Shown here piece by piece: positions 11,856 to 23,790 of a stretch of 64,000 nt of DNA; the stretch's first letter is position 1, and each line of letters starts with the position of its first letter. The notes beneath the pieces were generated by a model that saw only the letters and a list, made by a program, of their open reading frames with translations, was not told the origin of the DNA and did no database searches. The stretch is from the human T2T-CHM13v2.0 reference genome, Homo sapiens. The stretch lies in NCBI RefSeq assembly GCF_009914755.1, contig NC_060927.1; one strand, 5' to 3'. A program made the position numbers and the translations under genes.

Positions 11856-14739
11856 TGACGTCAACTCCCAGCTCTAAAAGTGACCAGCTGTGTGACCCGG
11901 GTCAGGTCTAGTGCCCTCTGCCACTCGGTTTATGCTTCCTCCTAGCGGGTCATGGTGAGGATCTAATGGAAGTTCTCATCAGGCCCTCAGCACAGTGTCT
12001 TCATGTGCAAGTGCTCAGCTAAAGGCCGCGGCTGTTATTCACAGAGGGGAGTCACACTCACCAGGGGAACGCTGGGTTGATCTGTCATGGTGAGCACATG
12101 GACTCCTGGGCCATCCCTAAGAATAACTTCTGGGTGAAGCAACAACGTCAGCTACTGGCCCCTACAGCATTTACCTATGAGTGGTCTCACGTTCAAAGCA
12201 GGCTTTTCTGGGCATCTCTGAGAAGAGGCTCCCATGATGATATTGGCACCTTTGGGCACCATGTGCACCAGCCTGGGACTTCTATGTGTGCCCCTCTTCT
12301 CATTGTCCCTGCTGGGCTTGCAGGTTAGGAGAGGTTCTCCATGACCTCCAAATTAAGACCATCTGATAAAACCATATTTTTCTCCCCCACCTCCCATAGC
12401 CATCCTGTCAAATAAATACCTTCTTATGTATCTTGGGAAGGTAACATTAGGTATTTTTCTCCCCATATACACAAAATTAATTAATTTAAAAACAAAAAAA
12501 AGAACTGTTGCCTAGAAACAAGAATAGGTTTTGTAAGAAACATGGAAAGAAATGAGGGAACTCAGAATCACTAAAAGCAACTGATGTAATATTGAAGTCA
12601 GGCTAGAAAGCATTTGGGTTCATGCCACCTTGTTGCATCTACTCATCCCCCCACTTTCCAACTCATATGCTGCCTCCTCCTGGAAGCCTTCTTAGCTTGC
12701 CTTCCCTCATTCATGCCCCCAGCTCCTAGCACTTTGTTTGTAGCTCAGTTCAGTCTCTTCTTCCCCATTACCACGATCTATGGTCCACCTGTTCACCTGT
12801 CTCCCCCACCAGACCTCAGGGGCCGTGAGAACAGGAGCCAGCCCTTGTTTGGCTTCATGCCCTCAGAGCCAATTCAGCACCTGGCACGGGGTGGGTGCTC
12901 GGTGCACAGTGGCTGGCATCATTACCTCGCCCAGTCATTGTCACATTAATGAGAGTGATAATCAGTGTTGGAGCAAATAAATGGTACGGTGCTTCCCAGT
13001 TTCCACCTCACTTCTCCCCACTCGGAGAAACCAGGCGCTGCAGTAAGCAGGGCCTCATTAAGCACTGATTAATTAGAGTCTCTCGTCACAGTCTTGTCAC
13101 ATACAAATTTGGGGGTTAGCCTGATGCGTTAAAGAGGCTAACGGACAGAATTCCAAGAGGAGCAGATGTTGGCACGGGCATCAGCTGCTTGGAGAAGGCA
13201 GGTGGTGGAGGGTGCTTCTTGAACTGCCTGCCCCAGGTGCCCCCAGCTCACCGAGTCTCTGATACCCAACCTCTGACTGAGGCCTCACATCTGCCCAAGG
13301 GGTGTTTCATGGCCCCCAGAGGCCATCAGGGAGCCAGCGCCACAGTCACCCAAGACTGTTAATCAGCAGGCGCTTGGGCTTCACATGCCAACCTTCCGCC
13401 TTCTCGGAGGACTATCTGTCATCAGTTGCAGTGGAGAAGTTCAAATTGCCAAATGGGCCGTGCCACCTTGGCCTTCATGGTAATTACTGGAAGGAACTTT
13501 CCCTCCTTATACACATTTAAACTCAGCTCTAAGAAAAATAGGCCACAAACTTCTTTTCTTCCACCAAGGCAGTGTGATGAGTGGTTGAGAGCATGGGCTT
13601 TGCAGACAGATGACCTGGGTTCAATCCTCAGCCCTTGACTAGCTGGCTAGATGACCTGCAGAAGGTGTTGTCGCTGCTCCGTGCCTCAGTTTCCCCATGT
13701 GAACAGTGGAGATAACACTAGTGCCTGCCTTGTAATTGTACCATGAAGGACCAACTGGATTAAGACACAGGAAGCGGTTTAACACAGCCTGCTACTTGCT
13801 GAATGCTGCATTAAGGTTTCTTTGTTCCTTTGTAGAGTATGATGTTCATGGGAGGAGAGCAACGGGAGGTGGGGGCGGGTCTTAGGTATTAACTCAGAAA
13901 TACAAGCCCCGTACTCCACAGAGAGGTGCCTCAGACCTGCTCCTGACCCCCACAGACCTGAATATTCACTGTAGTTGTCACAGATGGGAGAACCCAGGCC
14001 AGGCATGGCCCGCTGAGAGATCCATTTTGTTTCACCCTCACTGTGTTTTTTAAAAACACGAAGTTGCCAACAATTATAACAGAAAAATTTCCCATACAAA
14101 TCTGCGTTTCTGGTGTCTTCCAGAAAATCTGCAGATCTGGCCTCACAGCTGCATTCCCCAGCAACTGCCCTCCAGAGGTGTGTAGCTAGATGGGGCCCAT
14201 ACTCCCCAGTTAGCCATGGTCCCCACCACTCCCTGGTACCACACCCACCTCCCTTTTCTCATTCGTATCATCTGTCTGGCCTTGTGGGCATTGAGATGTT
14301 TCTCCCTGTCTAGATGAAGACATGAACGAGTCCCATGGTGTGTGGTCTGTGAGTGACAGGAGGAGGCCCAGGGCACTCTGGGAGCACAGAGGGGAAGCAG
14401 AACTCCAAGGAAGTCCCCATGGCAGGCGCACAGGAGGCTCTCCAGGTTTCATTCCAGCCCCCTAATGCACTGTCCTGGTATTCAGGCTACCCCACCCCAC
14501 CTGATCCTTCCTAGCTCTTTGACACTTTTATTTCCCCTGCGTTTGATTGCATCCTCTAAGGACCCTCATTGTATTGTAAAGATTTTCTTTAGAGACCCCC
14601 GCTCTCCCTATATCTGCAGCTGGTGTCCTCTCTCCTCCCCTCCCTCCTAGAAAACCTTCCCAGATTACCTTGGTCAGCTGAGCTCACACATTCTAGGACA
14701 TCACTAAACTCAATCATCATGGATTTGTATGCTACAGAG

Positions 14740-15330
14740 CTGGTCTGTGGTCATTTCTTCATCCCATGAAGATGGACCACATACCTCCTGCGTGCCAAGC
14801 CCTGGGCCAGAAACTGGGACCCAGCACTGGACAAAGCCGGTTGGACTCCCTCCCCTATGGAGATCACACTCCACAGGATTTAACTTACGTTTATCACCCC
14901 CTACTGTGCACCAGCCCCACTCCCCTCTTTTTTTAATTGTGAGTCCACAAAACATGCTATGAAGGCCCAAAGAAAGAATGAGACCATTAGAAAGGGCTTC
15001 CTGAAGGAGGTGGCATTTGATCTGAGCTTTGAAGGAGCTTACCAGGTGAAAGGGAATAGCATGTGTAGAGGCACAGAGGTGAGGCTGTCCCTTGGTCTGT
15101 CCAGGAGGGACTGTGGGAAGGGAGATGAGGCCAATGAGGAGGGCAGCAGCCGTGACTAGCAGGCTGAAAGGAGCCAGAGGGTCACTTTAAACTACCACGT
15201 GTTTGGTTGGATTTACACGTTTCAGAGGAAGGTTCCTCTGAAAGCTGGCGTGCAGACGGATTGGAGAGGGTGAGGCTGGAGGCAGGGAGGCCAGTCAGGA
15301 GGCTGTTATACCCATCCAGGGAGAGGTGCT
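14740..15330 (-). mobile_element. L2 LINE fragments
   Basis: agaaagggcttcctgaaggaggtggcatttgatctgagctttgaagga ... ggaggcagggaggccagtcaggaggctgtt (reverse L2). Confidence 0.7.
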
Positions 15331-15624
15331 GAGTCTCCCCCATCTCGATTTTCTATGTAGTCTCTGGCCCTTGGGGTGCTGGAAAGTGAGGGGCTGAGAC
15401 AAGACAAACCATCTGCGGTCCCAGCAGCCCCCAAAGGACAGGGAATTAGGGGGCTCCCAGATGGGAGGGTGCAATTTTCAAACTGGGAAGACTAGGGAGA
15501 AACAGATTCCTGGCAGTGGTAGCCACAGAGCAGAGAGAGGGACCTTCCTGAGGCCAGATGGCTGACCCTGCTCTCCCGTGTGTCCGTTCACCTCCCATCC
15601 GTGTGTCTGTTCCCCGACCTGCAG

Positions 15625-15727
15625 GGTGGCATGTACATCTTCCAGCTCTTTGACTCCTATGCCGCCAGTGGGATGTGCCTTCTCTTCGTGGCCATCTTTG
15701 AGTGCATCTGCATCGGCTGGGTGTATG
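15625..15727 (+). CDS. SLC6A11: SLC6A11 coding exon (probably 11): [34 protein letters not shown](G), TM10
   Basis: Acceptor ccgacctgcag|GGT, donor ATG|gtgagt; 103 nt; GABA-transporter TM10 motif GGMYxFQLFDxYAASG (frame not shown in the ORF track). Confidence 0.97.
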
Positions 15728-16539
15728 GTGAGTAGCAGCCAAGCCCGTCCACACCCCAGCTGCCCACCAGGTACCCAGGATCCTGGTGCTTGGACTCTGG
15801 TTGGCTCTGGTTCTCTGTGGCTTATCTTGGTCTATACTGGCCTCTTCTTACTCTTCAGGGATTCCTTGGCCTTTTCCCACTGTTGGTAGACCTTCTGCTT
15901 TCACACCATGCAGCACAGGAAGGGGTTCAGGGCTCAGGCACTATGATCTTGGGCCAGTTCTGCCCCTGAGGCTCAGTTTTCCCCTTTGTAAAATAACAGT
16001 AGTCATCAACATGTCTCCAAGTGGGAGGAAGTGTAATCGAGCAGCAGCCTGCATGGTGCCTGGCCTTCCATAGACAACCACCTCAGGTCCTCCTGCTCCC
16101 CAAGCCCAACAGGTGGGTGAGGGTTGCTGGGCTCAGTGATGGTCACTCCTGCCATGAGTGTGGCTTGGGAATGGATGCCTCTGCAGGCCCCTGCTCTGTA
16201 GCAGCCCTGCCAGGCCCCTGCCTTCAAAATCCTCATCCCCACCCCTGATTGCCTTGCCTCCAAAGGGATCACCTTCCGCCTTTCTCCCAGAAATTCATCA
16301 TTTCCTGGGCCTGAGGCCAGGAGAGCTCTCTCCAGTAGTGGGCCAGCATCCCTCCTGCTGCTCTTTATTCTGAAACCTCACACATGTAACATCTCGGTCG
16401 TTGTTTAAGCAGTACAAAGATTCCTGCAGCAGTTTTTCTGTCTCAGGCTGGAGAAAGCAAACACTCCTAGCCATTCCTCTGACTCATGTACAAAACTTCT
16501 CTGGGGTGTGTATGTTCCCCTCTGATTTATTCCGGACAG

Positions 16540-16640
16540 GAAGCAACCGGTTCTATGATAACATTGAAGACATGATTGGCTACCGGCCACCGTCGCTCAT
16601 TAAGTGGTGCTGGATGATCATGACCCCTGGGATCTGCGCG
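16540..16640 (+). CDS. SLC6A11: SLC6A11 coding exon (probably 12): (G)[35 protein letters not shown]5/TM11
   Basis: Acceptor ttattccggacag|GA, donor GCG|gtaagg; 101 nt; motif [14 protein letters not shown]. Confidence 0.97.
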
Positions 16641-17463
16641 GTAAGGGCCCCACCAGGAGCCACCTCCAGCCATCTACCCACCCATCTACCCTCCAACCCA
16701 CGTTTCCACTCCGTAGCCCCCACCCTGGCCGAGGCTGGACCTGAGGAGGCTGATGTCCCCTGGTTCAGGCCACCTTACAAAGCTGCACCCATGGGCACAG
16801 GCTCTGGGCTTGGCCAAGGAGTGGCCTCATTGGGATCCCAGTGTTGCTGTGTGACTAGGAGCACAGCGCCTCCCTTCTCAGGACGTCAGGTGCTGCATAC
16901 GCAAATCGGGCGCTGGATCCGCCTCAGAGGGCCGAGGACTATGTGGGGAACAAAGGCCTGTCCCCATCTTGTTGTTAACCATGAAGGCAGCAGAGCCAAG
17001 GGTGACACTGGGGTTCATGCTCTGCCTGAGACCGGACCACAGCGGGGCCTTTGTGAGCAGACATTTAATTAAAAAACACCCTATCACTCCTTATCCGTTT
17101 CTTGGCACTGGAAGTAACTCAGCATCTTCACAGACTGTTGTAGTTCTGAGAAGCAACTTTGAAACCAGTCCCGAGGAGTAACTAGAAAAAATAAAAATTC
17201 CTAACTGGGCAGAGGCCGGGGAAGAGGCTCCTGGGGGTGGGGAGAGGTCCTCACAGCCCAGCGAGGTCCCAGAACCCAGGGCCACGTTCCCTGAGCATCT
17301 GTTGCCTGTGGAATGGGGCTCTAGCCTGCTGTGCCTCAAGCTCACTGTGGTCCTGGCAGGGCCTCACTTTTCATGGCTGTGAAACAGGGCCAGCTTCCTC
17401 CCCTGCCAGCCTCTGGCTAGTCTGTTCCTGGGCCTCAGACCCCTCATGGCCTAGCAGGGCTGA

Positions 17464-17862
<399 letters not shown>

Positions 17863-18209
17863 TGAGCCAGTTTCTAGGAGTCCAGCCTCTGTCTTCCTGT
17901 CTGTAAAATGGGATAACCACAGTACCTAACTTACAGAGGCTGTGAGAACTCAGTGAGTTCATATAGGAAAAGCCCTGGGACCCAGACCTGGACCAGAGGG
18001 TAACAAGTGTTAGCGCTGACTGTTTTGTGAATCCCAATCATTCTGACCTGTCACTGTGCCAGGCCGTCTACCTGCTGTATCTCCTGCCATCCTCAGAGCA
18101 AACTGGGCGATAGGCATCATTTTCTGCAGTTAGCAGGCAGAGGAAACAGGTTCAGAGAAATCAGGTCACTTGCCTGAGGTCACACAGCCAACAGTTAGCA
18201 GATCACATG

Positions 18210-18485
18210 GTTAAAGACAATTTCATCAAAGTAGATTTTAGATATCCTAAAATTAACCCATTTCAGCCATACAGTTACACAATTTTTAGTAATGTTCCAC
18301 ATTGTGCAGTCATTGTCATGAATCTGCTTTAGGATACTTTCATTGTCCTAATAAGAGTCCTCATGCCCATTCATTGTTAACCCCTGTTCCACCCCCAGAC
18401 AACCACAGATCTGCTCTGTCTCTGTGGATTTGCCTACCCTGGATGTTTCCTGTCACTGGAGTCCTACAGTGTGTGGTCCTTTGTC
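18210..18485 (-). mobile_element. L1M 3'-end fragment
   Basis: caaccacagatctgctctgtctctgtggatttgcctaccctggatgtttcctgtcactggagtcctacagtgtgtggtcctttgt. Confidence 0.75.
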
Positions 18486-20615
18486 AGCAACTGAATCGTT
18501 ACTGAGCCCATCTTACTCCAGAGCGGCACTCCCTATTCACTCTCCTTCCCTACCGCTGGCAGCCCGATGGTTTGAGTGGGTTTCTGCTTATTTAGTAAAC
18601 AGCACAGGGTGTTTGTTGTGTGCCAGACGCTGTTCTAAGCAGTTTACAAATACTAAGTCATTTAATCCGCATAGCAATCCTAGGGGGGTGGAGATTCTTT
18701 TTGTCTCCATGGATGAAGAAACTGAAGTACTGAGAAGTGAAGCAACTTGCCCAAGGGCACACAGCTTCTGAAGGATACAGCAGAGACTCCGGCTTGTGTG
18801 GTCCTGTCCCCTGAATTTCGCTGCCTCACCTTCCTCTGCTGAACCAGTTGCACTCCACTGTGTGGCCCTGTTTCTGCCCCAGGGCCACACCCCAGGGACT
18901 GCAGGAGTTGAACTTGGCCACCCAGGAGGCGATGGGGAGTGGGGGTATGCAGAGCCAGAATGCAAGCTCCAGCTCAGAGTCAGCTGCACCCAACCCACCT
19001 GCCTGCCCACCGAGGGGCCTGGGCTCCAGAAATAGTCATGCATCCAGCCAGAAGGGGCCAGCCACAAAGGAAAGTCTCTTTCTCAAGCCTGCTCATGCCC
19101 CAGAGCAAGTCAGGCTCCTTGGAGCCTGCAGGGAATGTAGGTCAAGGGCAGTTGGTTAATTCTGATCTCAGGCCAAACATGTCCAGAGGGAAGCTGACCT
19201 GGGGCCTTAAAACCTTGACCACTGGAAGACCCCTGCCCAAACTTCCAGATGGCCTTTTGGTGTTCAGAAATGCCTGGTGTTGCCTGCTAAATCCTCCAGA
19301 GATCATCTCCGGCCTGGTGTGGGCGGGAAAGCAGGGGAGGGAGCCTTCTTTCCTAAGCCCCCTCCATCTCCCTGAGCTCACATGTCTGCCGACGTGGACA
19401 GCAGGGTTTATTAAAGAGGGACTTCTTTGGAGGTGTCAGACCCAGTTTCCAGGCCCTCCTTACCGAGAGTCCTTGTGCCAGGTAGTCCACAACCCGAGCC
19501 TCAGTTCCCACAAAGCTGCTGCTGGGGGACGGGAAGGATCTAGAGGGAAAAATGAGGACAGAGGTGCGTCAGTGATGCGCTCTGAGGATGCATCCTACTG
19601 AATGATAGAAGGTAACATGGTGGCCGCTCAACTAATCTGATCCTTATACTAACCCCGGAAGGCAGGTACCGTTATTATCCCCCTTTACAGATGAGGAAAC
19701 TGAGGCACGGGGGGTTAAGCTTCTTGCCCTTGTTAAATTGTAGAGCCTGGACACAAACCCAGGCACCTGGCTTTGGAACGCGTGCTCTAGCCCCAGATCC
19801 ATGCCAGAGCCTGGCACGGTGCCTGGCACAGAGGAGGCACCTATTAATCGCACAGGTGAGTCTGCCTGTTAATCCTACCTGGACAGTGTGCCACAGCAGG
19901 CACAGCAGGATCTGAAAGAGAACATGGAACCTCGATCCTGAGAAACCAGCCACCCAAAAGACTTTGCAACCTTCCTCGGGAAATGGTTTATGCCCAGAAA
20001 GGGCCCCCCAGATCCCAGCCTGGAGTCTTCTCCCAGGAAACTTGGGGAGTGCAGATGAAGCTGAGGGATAGGGGCCTGAGGCAGGGCCACATCTGGCCTG
20101 AGGGGCAGGGCTGTGGGGCAGAAGTCTGCATCCATCAGAGCCAGCCAGCTGGTGCGGGCTGCTTTGCAAGGCAGGCTGAGGCTGTGAGCCTTGGGCTTTG
20201 TGATAATGCTTCTACCTTTGAGCACAGCTGGAGGAACACCCAACACACACTACACCTTCCCCGACATGATGGCACCCCTTCCAAGGGGAATGCACCCAGG
20301 TATCCAGCAATTGTCCTGTAAACAGCCCTGGAGATGCATTACCACCCAGCAATTCACACCCCAGCTTCTCAGTGTCCCTTGAGGGCAGGCACCAGGCAGT
20401 GGACCCTGATGACCGCTCTGAGTCCCAGCAACCTTTCCTAGCCAGGTGCGAGGCTAAGCACTTTCCATAGCCTCTCCTTACTCTTGACCTAATGCCAGGA
20501 GTAGGGACCTCTACGGTCCCCATTTTTCATAGGAGGAAACTGAGACCCAGGGAGGTTGTTCATCATCCAGGACAGAGCTGTAAGGGGCCAAGCTGGGGCC
20601 CGGACCTTGGTCTGA

Positions 20616-20876
<261 letters not shown>

Positions 20877-23190
20877 GCGGCCACCAGCCATCTGGGGCTC
20901 TTCTTCCTTTCTTCCCCCCGTGTATGTAAATGAATTCCTGAACCCCATACTTCACCTAATGGTAGGGGCTTGCTTGTTTTGCACAGGATTAATTAACAAG
21001 TTAATTTTAAGGTGGCCACTGTACACTGCTCTAAAGTCATATCCCCTCCCCGCCCCCAGTCATCATGGAAGTAACCACTACAAAGAGATAACACTGTACG
21101 GGGACTGCCAGATCTTCTGTCCTAGGGCAGTTTTAATCAATGTTTTCTAGGGATTAGGAAGAAGTGTATAATATTGTAAAACTTTTTTTACTGGGGTTGT
21201 GGGCCAGGTGGGGTGGGGAGTGATGGCTGTCCTCCTCTGTCGGCCTTTTAATGACCGTTCTGTGTCCCATGTATGTCTCTGACCATCCACAGCCGCCCCT
21301 CCTCCATACCCCAGGGATAATTTTTCCTTCAAACCTTCCCTTTCCAAGGGACACTGGGTTTGCAGACAGCAAGGCTATGTGGCAGAGAAGAAAAAGTCCA
21401 GCAGACTCAGGACTCCTGGGCTGCAGGCCCCCCTCTGCCCTGATCCCATGAAGTGACCTTGGGCACTCCCTTTCCCTCCCTGGGCCTCAGTTTCCCCATC
21501 TCCCAAATGGGAGGAGGAGCCGGATTGGGTTATTTCTTAGGGATTCTCTTTGTGTGCCTTGCTGGCTTCCAGACCTGCCGTGGACCTTGGCTTCCTCTGA
21601 AGACTTGCAGGCAATAATCTCCGCCCTCCCAGTTGTACCTCCTCCCCACCTGCTTATTTAAAATCAAGTTTATTGTAGAAATGGTGTGGTGTTGATGTGT
21701 GTTTTCCCTAAAACTCTAATTTCATCTCATCTGTGGGCAGCCCTGCTCTCTGGACACCAGTGGGTCCTCAGCCCCCATGGCAGGGGCTCCTCTGTCTGGC
21801 CTGCCTTTTTTTCCTGGTCAGCTGCTCTTAGCGCCGGCTCTGCCTCTCCACCCTTGGCAGGGCTGGCTGGAGTTGCTGTGGGGACTGATTTTCTGGGTGG
21901 GGAAGCAGCCATCTATTCTTGCAGCCATCTCAGCCAGGGTCTATGTCTTAGGACCTTCCTCCGGCCTTCCATGAGAAGCAGCCACAGGGGGCCTGGTTTC
22001 CTCCTAAGGCCCTTCTCTGTCCCAGGCCACCTCTTCTCCCTCCTCCTGTCCCCTAACCTCCACCTACCACCATCCTCCCTCTCAGTTCTCTCCCATCCTT
22101 GCCCCTGGTTCAGGAGCCATTCTACCTGCCTCAGTGGCCAGGCGCAAGGCTACAGGTGCAGTCACCTGTTCCCGGCCACCTTCCCTCCCATCTTTGGCAG
22201 ACAGAAGTCTCAGCTCTCACTAGAGGGAAGACCTGGGCATCCTGCTGGCTCCTCTCTCCGTGGGGCCTGGAGTCTGGTGCTGTTCCCCAGCCAGCCTGGC
22301 TGCAGACCTCTCTGGCTGATACCGCTCTTCTTCTTTAATTGGACTTCATATCAAGCCTCTGCCTTGGTTTCTGAGCTATATGAGGGTGGGGAAGGCACAC
22401 TCTTTTTTCCTTTTTCCTTAGGTTCCCAATATTATTTGGTGGAAACGTGGGCTTTCTCCAAACCAAGGCCTGAGTTTCCTGTAAGGGTCCTCTGTTTTTG
22501 ATTCACCCAAAAGTCTGCAAACCCCCAGCATCTCTGCTCTGGCCAGCCCTGATCTGAAGCCTGTGTCTACTAAGAGGGATGCCCAGTGCCCCACTGGGCA
22601 GGACGGGAAGCCTAGCCTGGGCCCCCTCTGTGCACACAGTTCAGGCCTGCCCAGCTTCTTATGGGCAAGCCACCATCCCACTCTCGTCTCCCTGAGCTGT
22701 CTGGTTCTGCGGACCCAGGAAGGGCCAGGCTGGGGCCCTGCTTGTGTTTATCCTCGGCTGCTGTCTTCCCAGCAGGCCCCAGGCAAGGAGGCTTCCCATT
22801 GCTGCTGCTACCGGTTCTCCACAGATCCCTGTGGTCCGCCATCGCCGACACACACACACGTCGTAATGTGGCTAACGCTTGACTCACTTAACACTACTCA
22901 TGGGGCAGGGCGGAGGGTGGATTGTTGCTTTTTGTTTTTTGTAATTTCCTACTAGTATTTGGGTAACTTTGGGGGTGGGGAGGGCAATGTGGGGGCAGGG
23001 GAACATGTCATTGTGATGACTTTTTTGATATTCATTAGAAACAATACATCCTTTCTGAGATATTTACAGTATTATTAAAAAATGAAAAAGGTTGTACTGT
23101 TTTGCATAATGAACATTTTTATTGGGCATTCAAAGGGTGCAAGATTGTCTGCTTACTCATTTTTAAAAATTAAAGAAATGAACAATCAGT
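20877..23190 (+). other. SLC6A11: SLC6A11 3' UTR (end approximate)
   Basis: Follows the stop codon; largely free of interspersed repeats; AU-rich terminal block with ATTAAA hexamers and a downstream GU/U-rich tract. Confidence 0.75.
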
Positions 23191-23240
23191 GTGGCTATTC
23201 CTAGCAAGGTGGTATTCGTTGGGTTTTTTGTCCTGGTTTT
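23169..23240 (+). terminator. Probable polyadenylation signal ATTAAA (23169-23174) with downstream GU/U-rich element; a second ATTAAA at 23074-23079
   Basis: aaaaATTAAAgaaatgaacaatcagtgtgg followed by ggtggtattcgttgggttttttgtcctggtttt; TGTA upstream at 23093. Confidence 0.7.
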
Positions 23241-23369
23241 ATTCCCTCCATGATATGCCTGCAAAACCATCTTGGGTCCCTGTGTGGAAGCTGCAGTCTC
23301 AACTCAGCACTACAAATTAGAAACAAAAGCAGTGGTGTTTTAGGAGCCCAGACTTCTTTAGGTTCATGT

Positions 23370-23790
23370 ATTTACCATTTGCCTAGTATGTGCTAGAAGC
23401 TTTACAGAAGTTGTCTTTTTAATCCTTACAACAACTCTGTAAAGTAGGTACTTCTCCACTTTATTTATGTATTGCTTTATTTCTTTATTACTTCCCCTGT
23501 TTTACAGATAGCCATCTATTCTTGCAGCCACCCCAGCCAGGATCTATGTTCTAAGACCTTCCTCCAGCCTCCCATGAGAAGGAGCCACAGTGGGGCCTGG
23601 TTTTCTTCTAAGGCCCTTCTCTGTCCCCAGCCGCCTCTTCTCCGTCCTCCTTACAGATAGGGGATTTTGCGGCACAGAAAAGTCAAGCAATTTGCCCACG
23701 GTAACACAGCTAGTAAACATCAGGACCAGAAAGAGAACTCAGGTGTGTCTGACCCAAAAGCCCTGTCTCCTGACCACAATGCCTTATTGT
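23370..23790 (-). mobile_element. MIR SINE interrupted by a 140-bp templated insertion
   Basis: tttaatccttacaacaactctgtaaagtaggta ... tttacagatag[insert]ttacagataggggattttgcggcacagaaaagtcaagcaatttgcccacggtaacacagctagtaa. Confidence 0.8.
23510..23651 (+). repeat. Direct dispersed duplicate of 3' UTR segment 21907-22047 (about 89% identity by hand alignment)
   Basis: agccatctattcttgcagcca...aaggcccttctctgtccc...ctcttctcc.tcctcct present at both positions; about 15 substitutions plus 1 indel. Confidence 0.95.

Noticed and set aside
16401-17072. 223-aa ORF
   Set aside because: Only 16540-16640 is SLC6 sequence bounded by splice sites; the rest is intron read in frame
21686-22501. 271-aa ORF, the longest in the track
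   Set aside because: Lies in the SLC6A11 3' UTR, starts at GTG, Ser/Pro/Leu-rich composition typical of pyrimidine-rich UTR, no recognisable domain
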